In this document: positions 40,463-50,693 of the stretch, piece after piece
How the letters are laid out: each line of letters starts with the position of its first letter
Position numbering within the stretch: position 1 is the stretch's first letter
Assembly: GCA_038206475.1 (NCBI GenBank)
Contig: JBBRAU010000004.1
Coordinates: forward strand, 1-63,491
DNA length: 63,491 nucleotides
Source: Patescibacteria group bacterium
GTDB lineage: Bacteria; Patescibacteriota; UBA1384; JBBRAU01
Reading direction: 5' to 3'
Made by a program: the position numbers and the translations under genes
Notes under the pieces: generated by a model
What the model was told of the DNA's origin: nothing
Database searches by the model: none
The model's input: the letters and a program-made list of their open reading frames with translations, nothing else

Positions 40463-43372
40463 ATGGCAAAACCTTCAAAAAAACCGGTCTGGGGAAAATT
40501 TAATAATCCACTGAAGCCACAGATAACGCCCAGCAAAACACTGTCACGGGCTGAACGACGACGGCGCTTGTGGCGAAAGATTGGCCGGGGCAGCTTGATT
40601 GCGCTCGGTGTTTTGCTGCTAGCTATCGCCATCGCCTTTGCCTGGTTCTCCAAAGACCTACCGGGTCCTAGCACTATCGCCAACCGCCAACTACCGGCTT
40701 CAACCCGCATATTCGACCGCAGCGGCACATTGCTCTACGAAGCGTTTGGTGACCAGAAGCGGACGATTTTGAAGCCGGCGGAGGTGCCTGAACTAGCCAA
40801 GCAAGCCGCCGTCGCCGCTGAAGACAAGAACTTCTACAAACATCACGGTATCTCTTTTACCGGCATTGCTCGGGCTATTTTGGTTCGCCTGCACTTGCTG
40901 CCCAACCGTGAAGCCGGGGGCGGCTCAACTATTACTCAGCAGTACGTTAAAAACGCCATCCCAGAAGTTGGCAATGCGCACAGTCTGACGCGTAAAATTA
41001 AAGAGGCAATCCTAACTATTGAGCTTGAACAGGTCTATTCCAAAGATGAGATTTTAGCCGACTACCTGAATGTCATCCCATACGGCAACACAGCCGCTGG
41101 CATCGAGTCAGCCACGGAGACCTATTTCAGTAAGTCCGCTACAAAAGAGGGCTTATCGGTCGATGAAGCGGCCTTCCTGGCGGCCATTCCGCAACGGCCA
41201 ACCTACTACAACCCATGGGGGGCGCACACTACCGAGTTAGTTGACCGACGCAACTACATCCTTGGCCAAATGAAGACGCTCGGTTACATCAACCAACAGC
41301 AATATGACAGCGCCAAAGCAACCGATACCCTAGCCAAACTCGGTAAGCGACGAGAGAACATTCAGGCTCCACACTTTGTCTTTTATATTAAAGAGTTGCT
41401 AGCCCAAAAGTACGGCGATACCGCCGTTGAAAGCGGCGGCTTGCAGGTGACGACCTCGCTTGATCTAAATATTCAAAAAATGGCTGAAGACACTATTGCT
41501 GAGCGCTTCCCAGCCGTAGCCAAGAATACGAAGGCCAGCAACGCTGCCATGGTGGTAATGGATCCGACGAACGGACAGGTGCTAGCAATGGTTGGCTCAG
41601 TTGATTTTTTTGACGTCAGCAAGCAAGGCAATGTGAACGTGGCGACCTCGCTCCGACAGCCCGGCTCGTCTTTCAAGCCAATTGTCTATTCTGCCGCCTT
41701 TAAAGATAAGTGGAATCCGGGTTCAACCGTCTTTGACCTGACAACTGACTTTGGCGGCGGCTACAAGCCGTCGAACTATGATGGTAAGACTCACGGCCCG
41801 GTCTCTATTCGCACGGCTCTGTCGAACTCCTTAAACATTCCGGCGGTCAAGATGATCTCACTGGTCGGCGTTGACAATGCCATCAAACAAGCTAAATCGA
41901 TGGGCATTACATCACTTAACCGTGGCGCTGACTTTTACGGCCCGCCATTGGTTTTGGGCTCCGGCGAGGTGCGATTGTTAGATCTGGTCTCCGCTTACAC
42001 CACTTTTGCCAACCAAGGCCGACACATGCCGGAATCGCCAATCCTGAAAGTGACAGACCAAACCGGCAAAGTGCTCGACGAGACCAAAGACGAGAAAGGC
42101 GATCAGGTGCTTGACCCGGCCATTGCCTTCCAGATCTCAGACATTTTAGCCGACAATGTCGCCCGCAGCACTGAATTCGGTATTCGCTCGCTGTTGAACA
42201 TCGGCGGCCACACAGTGGCGGCCAAAACTGGGACTACCTCTGACTATAAAGACGCTTGGACACTGGGCTTTACTCCGTCTGTTGCGGTCGGCGTCTGGGT
42301 GGGCAATAACAACGGTACACCAATGGTACGCGGCTCAGCCGGCGCCATGGCGGCAGCGCCGCTCTGGAACGGCATGCTGACCAGATACCTGTCCGACAAA
42401 CCGGACCAGGCGTTTACGCGGCCTGACTCTGTTCAAAAAGTAACCATAGAGAAATTCTCTGGCAAGTTGCCTACCGACCAAACTCCGAACGACGATAAAA
42501 TCACCGATTGGCTGGCCCCCTGGCAGTTGCCTAAAGATAAGGCCGATGCGGTTGTTCGGGTGAAAGTATGTCGAGACAGCGGCTTGCTGGCGACTGATAA
42601 CACGCCGCCTGACCAAGTCGAAGATCGCCTTTACGCCAACATCCATTCAGAAATGCCCAATAACCCCAATTGGGAGGACCCGGTTCAAGCATGGTTGCAA
42701 CAAAACGGCTTCGGCTCCAGCCGACCACCAACGGAGCAGTGCACAACCGTAGCGCCAGCGCCAACGGTAGCTATCACATCACCGTCCAATAACCAAACGA
42801 TTACCGGCGATAGCGTTCATTTGGCTGCCAGCGTTCAGAGCGCCTTCGGCGTCAGCCAAGTGGAATTCTTGATTGACAACATTTCGGTTGGTCGCAGTCA
42901 GTCTGAGCCGTACACTCTGACCTACCCAACGAACCAACTCTCCAACGGCGCCCATGAGATGGCTGCTGTAATGACCACCATAGACGACAAAACCGCCAGA
43001 GACAGCGTCTCCTTTATTGTGGACAAGACAGGCAGCGGCAGTACCTCAAATGGCGGCCCCAGCAATGGAGGCAGCACTACCGGCGGAGGCGGCAACCAAA
43101 GCACGGTCATTGTCATCTCTAACATCGGTGCCCAGAGCAGCAAAACCGGTGCTGTCATCAGCTGGCAAACCAACACTCCGGCCACCGGAAGCGTCGACTA
43201 TGGTACAACACCGGTCTTTGGCAACAGTACTCAGGCCGGCGGGATTGCAACCAGCCAGTCTGTGACTTTAAGCAACTTAAAACCGGGCAGCACCTACTTC
43301 TACCGCATTACCGCGCGCGCCGACGGCAGCAGTACCACATCTGGCATCCGCTCCTTTACGACCCAAAATTAG
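40463..43372 (+). CDS. class A penicillin-binding protein (PBP1A: transglycosylase + transpeptidase) with C-terminal Ig-like/FN3 domains
   Basis: GT51 motifs EDKNFYKHHGI and GGSTITQQ. Transpeptidase motifs SSFKP, SNS and KTGTT. C-terminal Big-like and FN3-like modules (GSTYFYRITA). Confidence 0.9.
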   Translation: MAKPSKKPVWGKFNNPLKPQITPSKTLSRAERRRRLWRKIGRGSLIALGVLLLAIAIAFAWFSKDLPGPSTIANRQLPASTRIFDRSGTLLYEAFGDQKRTILKPAEVPELAKQAAVAAEDKNFYKHHGISFTGIARAILVRLHLLPNREAGGGSTITQQYVKNAIPEVGNAHSLTRKIKEAILTIELEQVYSKDEILADYLNVIPYGNTAAGIESATETYFSKSATKEGLSVDEAAFLAAIPQRPTYYNPWGAHTTELVDRRNYILGQMKTLGYINQQQYDSAKATDTLAKLGKRRENIQAPHFVFYIKELLAQKYGDTAVESGGLQVTTSLDLNIQKMAEDTIAERFPAVAKNTKASNAAMVVMDPTNGQVLAMVGSVDFFDVSKQGNVNVATSLRQPGSSFKPIVYSAAFKDKWNPGSTVFDLTTDFGGGYKPSNYDGKTHGPVSIRTALSNSLNIPAVKMISLVGVDNAIKQAKSMGITSLNRGADFYGPPLVLGSGEVRLLDLVSAYTTFANQGRHMPESPILKVTDQTGKVLDETKDEKGDQVLDPAIAFQISDILADNVARSTEFGIRSLLNIGGHTVAAKTGTTSDYKDAWTLGFTPSVAVGVWVGNNNGTPMVRGSAGAMAAAPLWNGMLTRYLSDKPDQAFTRPDSVQKVTIEKFSGKLPTDQTPNDDKITDWLAPWQLPKDKADAVVRVKVCRDSGLLATDNTPPDQVEDRLYANIHSEMPNNPNWEDPVQAWLQQNGFGSSRPPTEQCTTVAPAPTVAITSPSNNQTITGDSVHLAASVQSAFGVSQVEFLIDNISVGRSQSEPYTLTYPTNQLSNGAHEMAAVMTTIDDKTARDSVSFIVDKTGSGSTSNGGPSNGGSTTGGGGNQSTVIVISNIGAQSSKTGAVISWQTNTPATGSVDYGTTPVFGNSTQAGGIATSQSVTLSNLKPGSTYFYRITARADGSSTTSGIRSFTTQN

Positions 43373-43405
43373 AACTCACTCTTCAAACCAACCGCGCAGC
43401 GCTTT

Positions 43406-44701
43406 TTACTGCGCAATGATTGCTGCGCGCAGCGTGGCCGTCTTTGGCATTGGCTTCAAGCCAGCCCGTTCAATTTCCAGCCGGCGACGATCTTCCAATG
43501 CCACACGGCGAATTTCTCCAGCTAAGCCAAGTTCGCCAAAGTAAACGACATCGCTGGGTAAGTTTTTGTTGGCCGCGGCACTGGCAATCGCCATTGCGAC
43601 CGCCACATCGGCACCGCGGTCTTTTACGGGGATGCCGCCGACGATATTGATATAAACGTCACGACTAGCCAGCTTGACACCGGCCCGCTCCTCAAGCACC
43701 GCAAGTAGTACGTGCAAGCGCGACAAATCAAAACCTGAGGCCGCCCGCCTGGGGCTGGCAAAACTAGACGGCGCCACCAGTGCCTGAACCTCCAACAAAA
43801 ACGGCCGTGTGCCCTCGAGTACGCAGGCCACTACCCGGCCCGGTGCCGGTGCGTGTTCGGCGTCGAGAAAAATGCGGGCCGGGTCGGCCACGTCTTTTAA
43901 GCCGTGCTCGGTCATCTCAAGCACGCCCACCTCACCGCTTGGGCCGAAGCGGTTTTTCACACACCGCAGTAGGCGCGCCTCGGCGTAACGATCCCCTTCA
44001 ACATACAAAACCACATCAACTAAGTGCTCAAGCAGGCGCGGCCCGGCGATAGTGCCCTCTTTTGTCACGTGACCAACTAAAATCAGCGGTAGCTCCAACT
44101 GTTTTGCAAACTGTACGAGTGCCATGGCCGATTCGCGAATTTGGACAATTGAACCAGGTGTAGACGGAAAATCCGGATGATAAACGGTCTGAATCGAGTC
44201 AACAACCAAAAGTGGCGGGTTGGCCTGCCGAGCACCAGCGATAATCTCTAAAACATTCGTACTGGTAGAAAAGACTATCGCCGCACTGCCCGCGCCCAGA
44301 CGGCGGGCGCGTAGGGCAATCTGTGATAGCGACTCCTCGCCGGCCACGTAGGCCGTGCCCGGCAATCCGGCCGCCAGTTGCAAAGCCAGGGTTGATTTAC
44401 CGATGCCCGGATCGCCACCGAGCACCACCGCCGCTCCTGATACCAAACCGCCACCTAAAATAGCCGTCAGCTCGGTTGAGAAGGTCGGCAGACGCGGCGC
44501 CTCGGCTGCAGAGCCAATGCGCAGCGGTTGAAACTCGGCCACTGGGGTGGCATTCGTTGCACCGCGGACGCTACCGCTGGCAGTCGGCTCCCGAAAAACA
44601 GTCAGCGAGTTCCAGGCACCGCAACTTTGACAGCGGCCACTATAGCTGGCGAAACTGTCGCCACACTCCGAGCAGAGGTACGTCGTATGCGCTTTGACCA
44701 T
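43406..44701 (-). CDS. radA: DNA repair protein RadA
   Basis: N-terminal zinc finger CSECG...CQSCGAWNS, Walker A GDPGIGKST, the KNRFG motif and a Lon-like C-terminal domain. Confidence 0.9.
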   Translation of the reverse strand: MVKAHTTYLCSECGDSFASYSGRCQSCGAWNSLTVFREPTASGSVRGATNATPVAEFQPLRIGSAAEAPRLPTFSTELTAILGGGLVSGAAVVLGGDPGIGKSTLALQLAAGLPGTAYVAGEESLSQIALRARRLGAGSAAIVFSTSTNVLEIIAGARQANPPLLVVDSIQTVYHPDFPSTPGSIVQIRESAMALVQFAKQLELPLILVGHVTKEGTIAGPRLLEHLVDVVLYVEGDRYAEARLLRCVKNRFGPSGEVGVLEMTEHGLKDVADPARIFLDAEHAPAPGRVVACVLEGTRPFLLEVQALVAPSSFASPRRAASGFDLSRLHVLLAVLEERAGVKLASRDVYINIVGGIPVKDRGADVAVAMAIASAAANKNLPSDVVYFGELGLAGEIRRVALEDRRRLEIERAGLKPMPKTATLRAAIIAQ

Positions 44702-46356
44702 TAGCTTGCCTCGGCCGGCCGGCCGTCTTGAATAACCAGCTGAACACGTCCCTCACCCATGTAGTCGTCCGGCTCTAGCTGAAACGCCACGTCCAGCGCC
44801 GTCCCCGGCCGCAACCAATCGGGCACGGCCGTATCCCAGCTGACTGCCCTCAAGCCCGATACCATCAATTGCAGATGGTTTTTCTGCTTACCGACCAAAC
44901 GAATTCTCTCTGCTTGCAGATTTTTTAGACAGAATAACGGCACGGCATTACCAACCCCAAACGGCTGCAATTGCCGCAGTAGCTGGAGCGTGCGGCCGGA
45001 CGCCTCAGACAGCTCCAGTAGGGCGTCAATCGCCAGCTCCGGCAGCGTAATTGTAGGCGCAACTGCCGCTTGCTCACACAGGGCAACAACCGCCTGCTCA
45101 AACTTCTCGGCCGCAATGGCCAAACCGGCCGCTTGCTGATGGCCGCCAAAAGAGTGCAGCTGCAAAGCCGCACCCGTAAGCACCGGCAAAACCGGGTGGC
45201 CGTCTACGCCGCGGGCGCTGCCGCGCCACAACTCGCCCTCTTTGGTTAGGGCCACGGCCATTTTTTGGTACTGACGTGACAGGCGACTGGCAATTAAGCC
45301 GACTACACCGGCCGGCCAGCTGCCGTCAGCCACCACCAGCACCGCGGCGTCCATTTGATTGGCCAGCTGGGCTTCTACCGCCGGCCACAGCCGATCGATC
45401 ACCGTCCGACGGGCACTGTTGGCCTGACCAAGCTGGCTAGCCAGCAACCGAGCTTCGTGAGGCTTTTGGCTAAGCAGCAACTCGACTGCGACGCTCGGCT
45501 GCAGCATGCGGCTGGCAGCGTTCAGCCAGGGTGCCAGCACCATACTAATCTGTACAAAGGTCAATCCTGCCGGCTTGAGTCCAGCTTGCTCACAAATAGC
45601 AGCCAGCCCAAGGCGGCGGCCGCGCTGCAAGACCTGTAAGCCAAAGCGGGCCAATACGCGCGATTCATCCGAGAGCGGCACCATATCGGCCACCGTGGCG
45701 ATCGCTACTAAATCGAGTAGCCACTTGAGCTCTTTCTCGGTTGGAGCGCCGGTGGCGATCGACAGGGCCTGCAGCAGCTTCCAGGCGACCGCGGTGCCGG
45801 ACAAGCCGCTGAACGGATAGCCCAGATCATGCTTAGGATTGATAAGAGCTACGGCTTGTTCAGGAAGCAGCTCGGCTTGTGGTTCATGGTGATCGGTCAC
45901 GATCACGTCAATGCCCTGGAAGGTAGCGGCCTCAACCATCGCCCGGCCGGTAATGCCGCAGTCGACGGTCACAATCAGGCTGGCTCCTTCAGACTTGAGC
46001 GCCTCAATACCGGCCGCTGACAGGCCGTAGCCGTCGGTACGGTTTGGAATATACCAGACGGTGTTGACGCCAAAATGGGCTAAACCAAGCTTCAAGAGCA
46101 CTGTGGCCGGAATGCCGTCAGCGTCGTAGTCGCCAAAGATGCCGACCGTTTCGCCGTGCTTACGCGCCTGTTCGAGCCGCGCCACCGCCGTCTTCATTTG
46201 GCTGAACAAGAACGGGTCATGAACATCACGGCTAAAGTTGGGCGACAAAAAAGCCGCCTCTGCTTCCTTGGCCACGCCTCGGCTCCGCAGCAAGTGTTTG
46301 AGCAAATCAGTCTCTTGCCGCGGGCGAATCTGCCAGCGACGCTCGCTCCAAGTCAT
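44701..46356 (-). CDS. recJ: single-stranded-DNA-specific exonuclease RecJ
   Basis: DHH family motifs (GDYDADGI, VTVDCG, VIVTDHH) plus a DHHA1 region. 1-nt overlap (TAATG) with radA. Confidence 0.9.
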   Translation of the reverse strand: MTWSERRWQIRPRQETDLLKHLLRSRGVAKEAEAAFLSPNFSRDVHDPFLFSQMKTAVARLEQARKHGETVGIFGDYDADGIPATVLLKLGLAHFGVNTVWYIPNRTDGYGLSAAGIEALKSEGASLIVTVDCGITGRAMVEAATFQGIDVIVTDHHEPQAELLPEQAVALINPKHDLGYPFSGLSGTAVAWKLLQALSIATGAPTEKELKWLLDLVAIATVADMVPLSDESRVLARFGLQVLQRGRRLGLAAICEQAGLKPAGLTFVQISMVLAPWLNAASRMLQPSVAVELLLSQKPHEARLLASQLGQANSARRTVIDRLWPAVEAQLANQMDAAVLVVADGSWPAGVVGLIASRLSRQYQKMAVALTKEGELWRGSARGVDGHPVLPVLTGAALQLHSFGGHQQAAGLAIAAEKFEQAVVALCEQAAVAPTITLPELAIDALLELSEASGRTLQLLRQLQPFGVGNAVPLFCLKNLQAERIRLVGKQKNHLQLMVSGLRAVSWDTAVPDWLRPGTALDVAFQLEPDDYMGEGRVQLVIQDGRPAEAS

Positions 46357-46404
46357 ATGTTCTTACAGTAGCAGAGACCACCGCTCTGACTAGCCTCTTA
46401 GCCG

Positions 46405-47247
46405 TTACTTCACAAACGCCAAGCCTTGCACACGTAAATCAATGTACTCGTGAATAAGGTCGTGCTTCTCCTTGAGAATGCTCTGCAGCGAGCTAATTTG
46501 CGGATGCAAGCCGCGGTCGGTTGCCAACATCACCTGCCAGCCTTCCTTGGCTTGAAAGGAAACATCAAAGGTAGTTTCGATGAAATGAGCACCGGTGATC
46601 GTCAAGCCGGCATCCTTCTCTAGACTGCTTTTGGCGTTCAAGACAAAACTAATCACTTGTGGCGTCGCCACTGGCTGGCCGAGTGTGACTGCCACATTGG
46701 CGGGGTCGGTGATCAGTAAGGTGTCTGACGGGGGACTACTGAGCTCACCGTAAGCCACGCCCTGACCATCCACTGCATACAACTTGCCGCCGCTCTGCCA
46801 ACCAACGGCCAGGCTGCGTTCTAAAATAGTGACCTTCAATTGGCTGGGTAAGCCTTTGTCGACGCTGACGTCTTGAATCGCCGGATAAGCGGCCCGCAGC
46901 TGGTCTTCAAACGCAGATACCGGTACCCGCCAAATATTCTGGCCGAGCGGCAGTTTCTGCTTGATATTGTCTGAGGGTAACGAAACCGTGCCGCTGACCG
47001 ATATAGCGCTCACAGCAAACAGCGGCGACAGCAAGACGGCGGCCAAGACGGCGACAAGCGCCAGCAGACCAAGAGTCTGCCAGAACCAGCGCGGCAATGG
47101 CCGTCGCGACGGGGCACTGCGTTTTGGCGTAAATAATCGTGAGCCGCGACTCAACTGACTTGGCCGACGCACCCGCGCATTAGTTTTGTCGCGCCAAATA
47201 CGCGGCAGCTGTTGGCTTTGCTGCTTATTGGGCGGTCGGCGCCACAT
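46405..47247 (-). CDS. ftsQ: cell division protein FtsQ/DivIB-like
   Basis: Basic N-terminus, one TM (TLGLLALVAVLAAVLLSPLF), then a POTRA-like domain (ISVSGTVSLPSDNIKQKL). Start set to the ATG at 47247. The longer track ORF runs through the murB 3' end. Confidence 0.65.
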   Translation of the reverse strand: MWRRPPNKQQSQQLPRIWRDKTNARVRRPSQLSRGSRLFTPKRSAPSRRPLPRWFWQTLGLLALVAVLAAVLLSPLFAVSAISVSGTVSLPSDNIKQKLPLGQNIWRVPVSAFEDQLRAAYPAIQDVSVDKGLPSQLKVTILERSLAVGWQSGGKLYAVDGQGVAYGELSSPPSDTLLITDPANVAVTLGQPVATPQVISFVLNAKSSLEKDAGLTITGAHFIETTFDVSFQAKEGWQVMLATDRGLHPQISSLQSILKEKHDLIHEYIDLRVQGLAFVK

Positions 47248-48220
47248 TCGGCCCCCACTCGCCGACGTACTCGACCTCTTCTTCAAGTTCCGTGTTGTAT
47301 GTTTCTCTGACTGTAGCCTTGACCAGCTCGGCCAGGCGGCGAATATCGCTGGCTGAGGCTTGGCCTTGATTGACGATGAAGTTGGCATGGTCACGCGAGA
47401 CGATAGCGTCGCCAACGCTCAACTTTTTGCCACCAGCCTGATCAATTAAATAGCCAGCCGTCTCCTCCGGCGCTAAGCCGCGTTCGCCGTGGGAAGAGCC
47501 GCCGGGGTTACGAAAGAAACTGCCGCTGCAGAAGCGGCCGATTGGTTGATGTGCCTCATGGCGCTTGTCCCGCCAAACTTTCATGTCTGCTAGCACTGCT
47601 TCGCGTGGTTTTTGGCGCAGTTTAAAGCGAGCGGACAAGACAATTGGTTTGCCGTGGCTATTGGACATCCGCTTCAACTTGCTTGAGCGGTAACGGTAGC
47701 TAAACCACTCTGGCTCGACCGATAAAATTTGCGCCTCGGCGCTGTTGCTAGGAACCAATACTGTCGCTCGGTCCAAAAAATCAGAGACAGCACTGCCCCA
47801 GCACTCAGCGTTGCCATAGAGCGCGCCGCCAACCGTGCCCGGCAGGCCGGCCAATTTCTCCATACCGCCGAGACCACGCACAGCCGCTTCGTTGAGCATC
47901 CGGGCCACAGTCACGCCGGCGTCGGCCAGGACGGCGTTTTCTTCTGGCAAAACAACCACCTTAGCCGCCATATTGCGAATAAACAGGCCGTGGTAACCCT
48001 CATCAGCGACGACAATATTGGAGCCGCTGCCAATCACCTGATACGGTAGGCGCAGACGAATAGCCGCCGACACCGCCGCCAACAGCTCTTCAATGGTTGT
48101 CACCTGAATGAAACCGGCGGCCAAGCCACCAACATGCATTGTTGTGTAGTCGCGCACCGGTTGATCAAATTTGACAGCTGGCAATAGCGCCTGAAGCGCC
48201 TGCTTATTGTCGTCAATCAC
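47225..48220 (-). CDS. murB: UDP-N-acetylenolpyruvoylglucosamine reductase
   Basis: FAD-binding domain (YTTMHVGGLAAGF), a GSGSN motif and the C-terminal MurB domain (GSFFRNP). Proposed GTG start at 48220 overlaps the murC stop (GTGATTGA). The track ORF extends to 48280. Confidence 0.85.
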   Translation of the reverse strand: MIDDNKQALQALLPAVKFDQPVRDYTTMHVGGLAAGFIQVTTIEELLAAVSAAIRLRLPYQVIGSGSNIVVADEGYHGLFIRNMAAKVVVLPEENAVLADAGVTVARMLNEAAVRGLGGMEKLAGLPGTVGGALYGNAECWGSAVSDFLDRATVLVPSNSAEAQILSVEPEWFSYRYRSSKLKRMSNSHGKPIVLSARFKLRQKPREAVLADMKVWRDKRHEAHQPIGRFCSGSFFRNPGGSSHGERGLAPEETAGYLIDQAGGKKLSVGDAIVSRDHANFIVNQGQASASDIRRLAELVKATVRETYNTELEEEVEYVGEWGPNVAPTAQ

Positions 48221-49556
48221 GCTGCGCCTCCTGTTTGCCGCCCACCAGTGTCTCGGCCACCTTGTGCACTGCCGTGGCACCCATCGTCAATACTACTATT
48301 TTACTACTTAGTCTATTTTGAATATTTTCTATGCAGTCATCATAGTTTTGGAGAGGCAAAGAACAATTCGTCATTTTGCGAATGAGCTGCTGTTGTAAAT
48401 CGGTCGACGTTGGAAAATCGGCATCGCGGCCGGGAACCTTGTAGACCGGCAGCAGCAATGTTTCATCCGGTAGCGACAAGGCGGCCGCAAATTGGTCTAA
48501 GAGATGTACCGTGCGGGATATTTGGTGCGGCTCGTAAACGAGCACCAGCTGGCGCTCAGGATAGCGAGCTTTCAGCGCTGCAACCGTCGCGGTAATTTCG
48601 GTTGGGTGGTGGCCGTAATCATCATAAACTTTGGCGCCGCTTCTCTCGCCGAGATACTCTAAACGGCGCTTGGCCAATTGCAAATTGCCCACCATGGACA
48701 GGGTTTGACTGAGCGGGAAGCCCAGGTGCTTCAAGAGCAGCAAACTGCCGGTAAGGTTAGCGGCTTGATGACTGCCGGTCAACGCTGTCTCGACACGGTG
48801 AGTTTGACCCTGCTCGTCCCGCAGTGAAAAGGTCATGCTCTCGGGATGAATATCAACCGCCGTCCACCGGAGTTCATCGCGTTCGCCGCGGCTGCCGTAC
48901 CAATGCACCTGACCGGGAAAACGGCCAAGTACATCGGCCAGGCGTGGCTCATCCGAGCAAACAACCAAGTGACTGTCTTTCTGAAAAGTCGCCAGCCATT
49001 GACGGAAAGTCTCCATCAGCTCAGCTTCCGTGGCGTAGGTGTCAAAGTGATCCGGCTCAAGAGAAGTAATCAAAGCATGCTTAGCCGGAAAATCGAGCAG
49101 CTGGCGCTCGTATTCGCAGGCCTCCAGCACAAAATAGCCGCTTTGGCCCAGGCGCAGTCCGCCGTCCCAGCCAGGCACACTGCCGCCGACCATGACTGTC
49201 GGATCAGCGCCCAGTTTTTCCAGTAAGCGGCCGAATATGGTTGTCGTTGAAGTTTTGCCGTGTGTACCGGCAATGGCAATACCAATTTTGTCCCGCATCA
49301 ACTCGCCGATCACCTCGGCGCGGCGCTTGACCGGAATGTGCAACTTTTTAGCCGCTTCTACCTCAACCCAGCCAGGCGAATCCGGGCTGACTGCTGAGGT
49401 GATAATCAGGCGAGTGATGTCAGGTGTGATATGCGCGGTGCTGTGGCCGGTGGATGACACGTCTGAGCCGCCAACTTTATGCCCAGCCTGACGCAACAGT
49501 TCGGCCAACCCGGACATCGAGACGCCGCCGATGCCCACCAAAAAATCGTATTCCAT
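48213..49556 (-). CDS. murC: UDP-N-acetylmuramate--L-alanine ligase
   Basis: Mur ligase with P-loop GTHGKTSTT. Position between murG and murB. Confidence 0.9.
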   Translation of the reverse strand: MEYDFLVGIGGVSMSGLAELLRQAGHKVGGSDVSSTGHSTAHITPDITRLIITSAVSPDSPGWVEVEAAKKLHIPVKRRAEVIGELMRDKIGIAIAGTHGKTSTTTIFGRLLEKLGADPTVMVGGSVPGWDGGLRLGQSGYFVLEACEYERQLLDFPAKHALITSLEPDHFDTYATEAELMETFRQWLATFQKDSHLVVCSDEPRLADVLGRFPGQVHWYGSRGERDELRWTAVDIHPESMTFSLRDEQGQTHRVETALTGSHQAANLTGSLLLLKHLGFPLSQTLSMVGNLQLAKRRLEYLGERSGAKVYDDYGHHPTEITATVAALKARYPERQLVLVYEPHQISRTVHLLDQFAAALSLPDETLLLPVYKVPGRDADFPTSTDLQQQLIRKMTNCSLPLQNYDDCIENIQNRLSSKIVVLTMGATAVHKVAETLVGGKQEAQRD

Positions 49557-49562
49557 ATACGC

Positions 49563-50693
49563 TCAGTCTAGCAGATTTGACTGGCCGGAGTCGGTTTTTT
49601 GCTGTCCCGGATGTGGGCCGACCAGGTCGTCGACAATGGCGACGACGGCATTCTTGGGCATCAATCGACACGCCTGATGAGACAACTTAGTTAATTCCGC
49701 CTTGTCCGCCAGTAATTTCAAAATAAAACGGCCCAAGAGGTCGGGCGTTGCGACTTGCTCGTTGACAGCCAGGGCAGCACCATGACGCGTCCAGTAGGCT
49801 GCGTTATGCGCTTGGTGGTCCGCGGCTGAAGTTGAGAGCGGGACAAAGATGGTCGGCACACCTGCCGACAGCAGCTCGATGCCACCGCTGCCCGACCGCG
49901 AGACAGCCAGCGTCACCTGAGGCAACAGATCGAGCAGCTGCTGGTGAGGCAATTGCGCCGCCGGTAGATAGCGATAGGGCGCCCGCTTGAGTTGACGCTT
50001 GAGCGGCTGAAAAGTCGGGTAATCTAATGGGCCAGTGCTATGAATAACGGTTGCTACTTCAAGCAGTTCAGGCAGAATGGGCCGAATTAACTCATTCAAA
50101 CGTCGAGCGCCCTGACTGGCACCGATTATCAGCACGAGCGGATCGGCTGGCACACCCTCCCAAGCAGATAGCTCGCCGGCAATCGGCAAGCCAAGCGGCC
50201 GGACTTTCGGCCGCAGCGTTTCGGGATAAAACTCGGCCGGAAAAGCGGTATAGACGCGAACGGCAATGCGGGCCGCGAGCCTGTTGGCCAAGCCCATAAC
50301 TGTGTCTGACTCATGGACGACAATTGGCAGGCTACGCAGCCAAGCGGCCACAGCCACCGGCAGCGAGACATAACCGCCCTTGCAAATAACCAAGGCCGGC
50401 CGCAACCGACCGAGCAAGCGGTAACTTTCGATAATGCCACCGAGTAGGCGAAAGGGCATGCTGAAATTACTCCAATTAAAGTGGCGGTGCAGCTTGGCTG
50501 CCGAGATGGGCCAAAATGGCAGGCCAGCGGGCGGAACAAGATCGGCCTCTGGGCCCCCGCGCAAGCCAATATAATGCACCTCGTACTGATCGCCGCGCCG
50601 GCGCAATTCTTCAGCCAGCGCCAACAGCGGGTAAATGTGGCCGCCGCTGCCACCACCAGCCAAAACGATGCGAACCTGCTCTGGCTTAGTCAC
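49563..50693 (-). CDS. murG: undecaprenyldiphospho-muramoylpentapeptide beta-N-acetylglucosaminyltransferase
   Basis: GT28 N-terminal motif AGGGSGGHIYPLLALAEEL. dcw position. Confidence 0.9.
   Translation of the reverse strand: MTKPEQVRIVLAGGGSGGHIYPLLALAEELRRRGDQYEVHYIGLRGGPEADLVPPAGLPFWPISAAKLHRHFNWSNFSMPFRLLGGIIESYRLLGRLRPALVICKGGYVSLPVAVAAWLRSLPIVVHESDTVMGLANRLAARIAVRVYTAFPAEFYPETLRPKVRPLGLPIAGELSAWEGVPADPLVLIIGASQGARRLNELIRPILPELLEVATVIHSTGPLDYPTFQPLKRQLKRAPYRYLPAAQLPHQQLLDLLPQVTLAVSRSGSGGIELLSAGVPTIFVPLSTSAADHQAHNAAYWTRHGAALAVNEQVATPDLLGRFILKLLADKAELTKLSHQACRLMPKNAVVAIVDDLVGPHPGQQKTDSGQSNLLD

Noticed and set aside
43017-43372. The Gly/Ser-rich low-complexity segment and FN3-like tail of PBP1A, as a separate gene or repeat element.
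   Set aside because: It is continuous in frame with the PBP1A transpeptidase domain. There is no internal start or SD. C-terminal Ig/FN3 decorations on class A PBPs are common.
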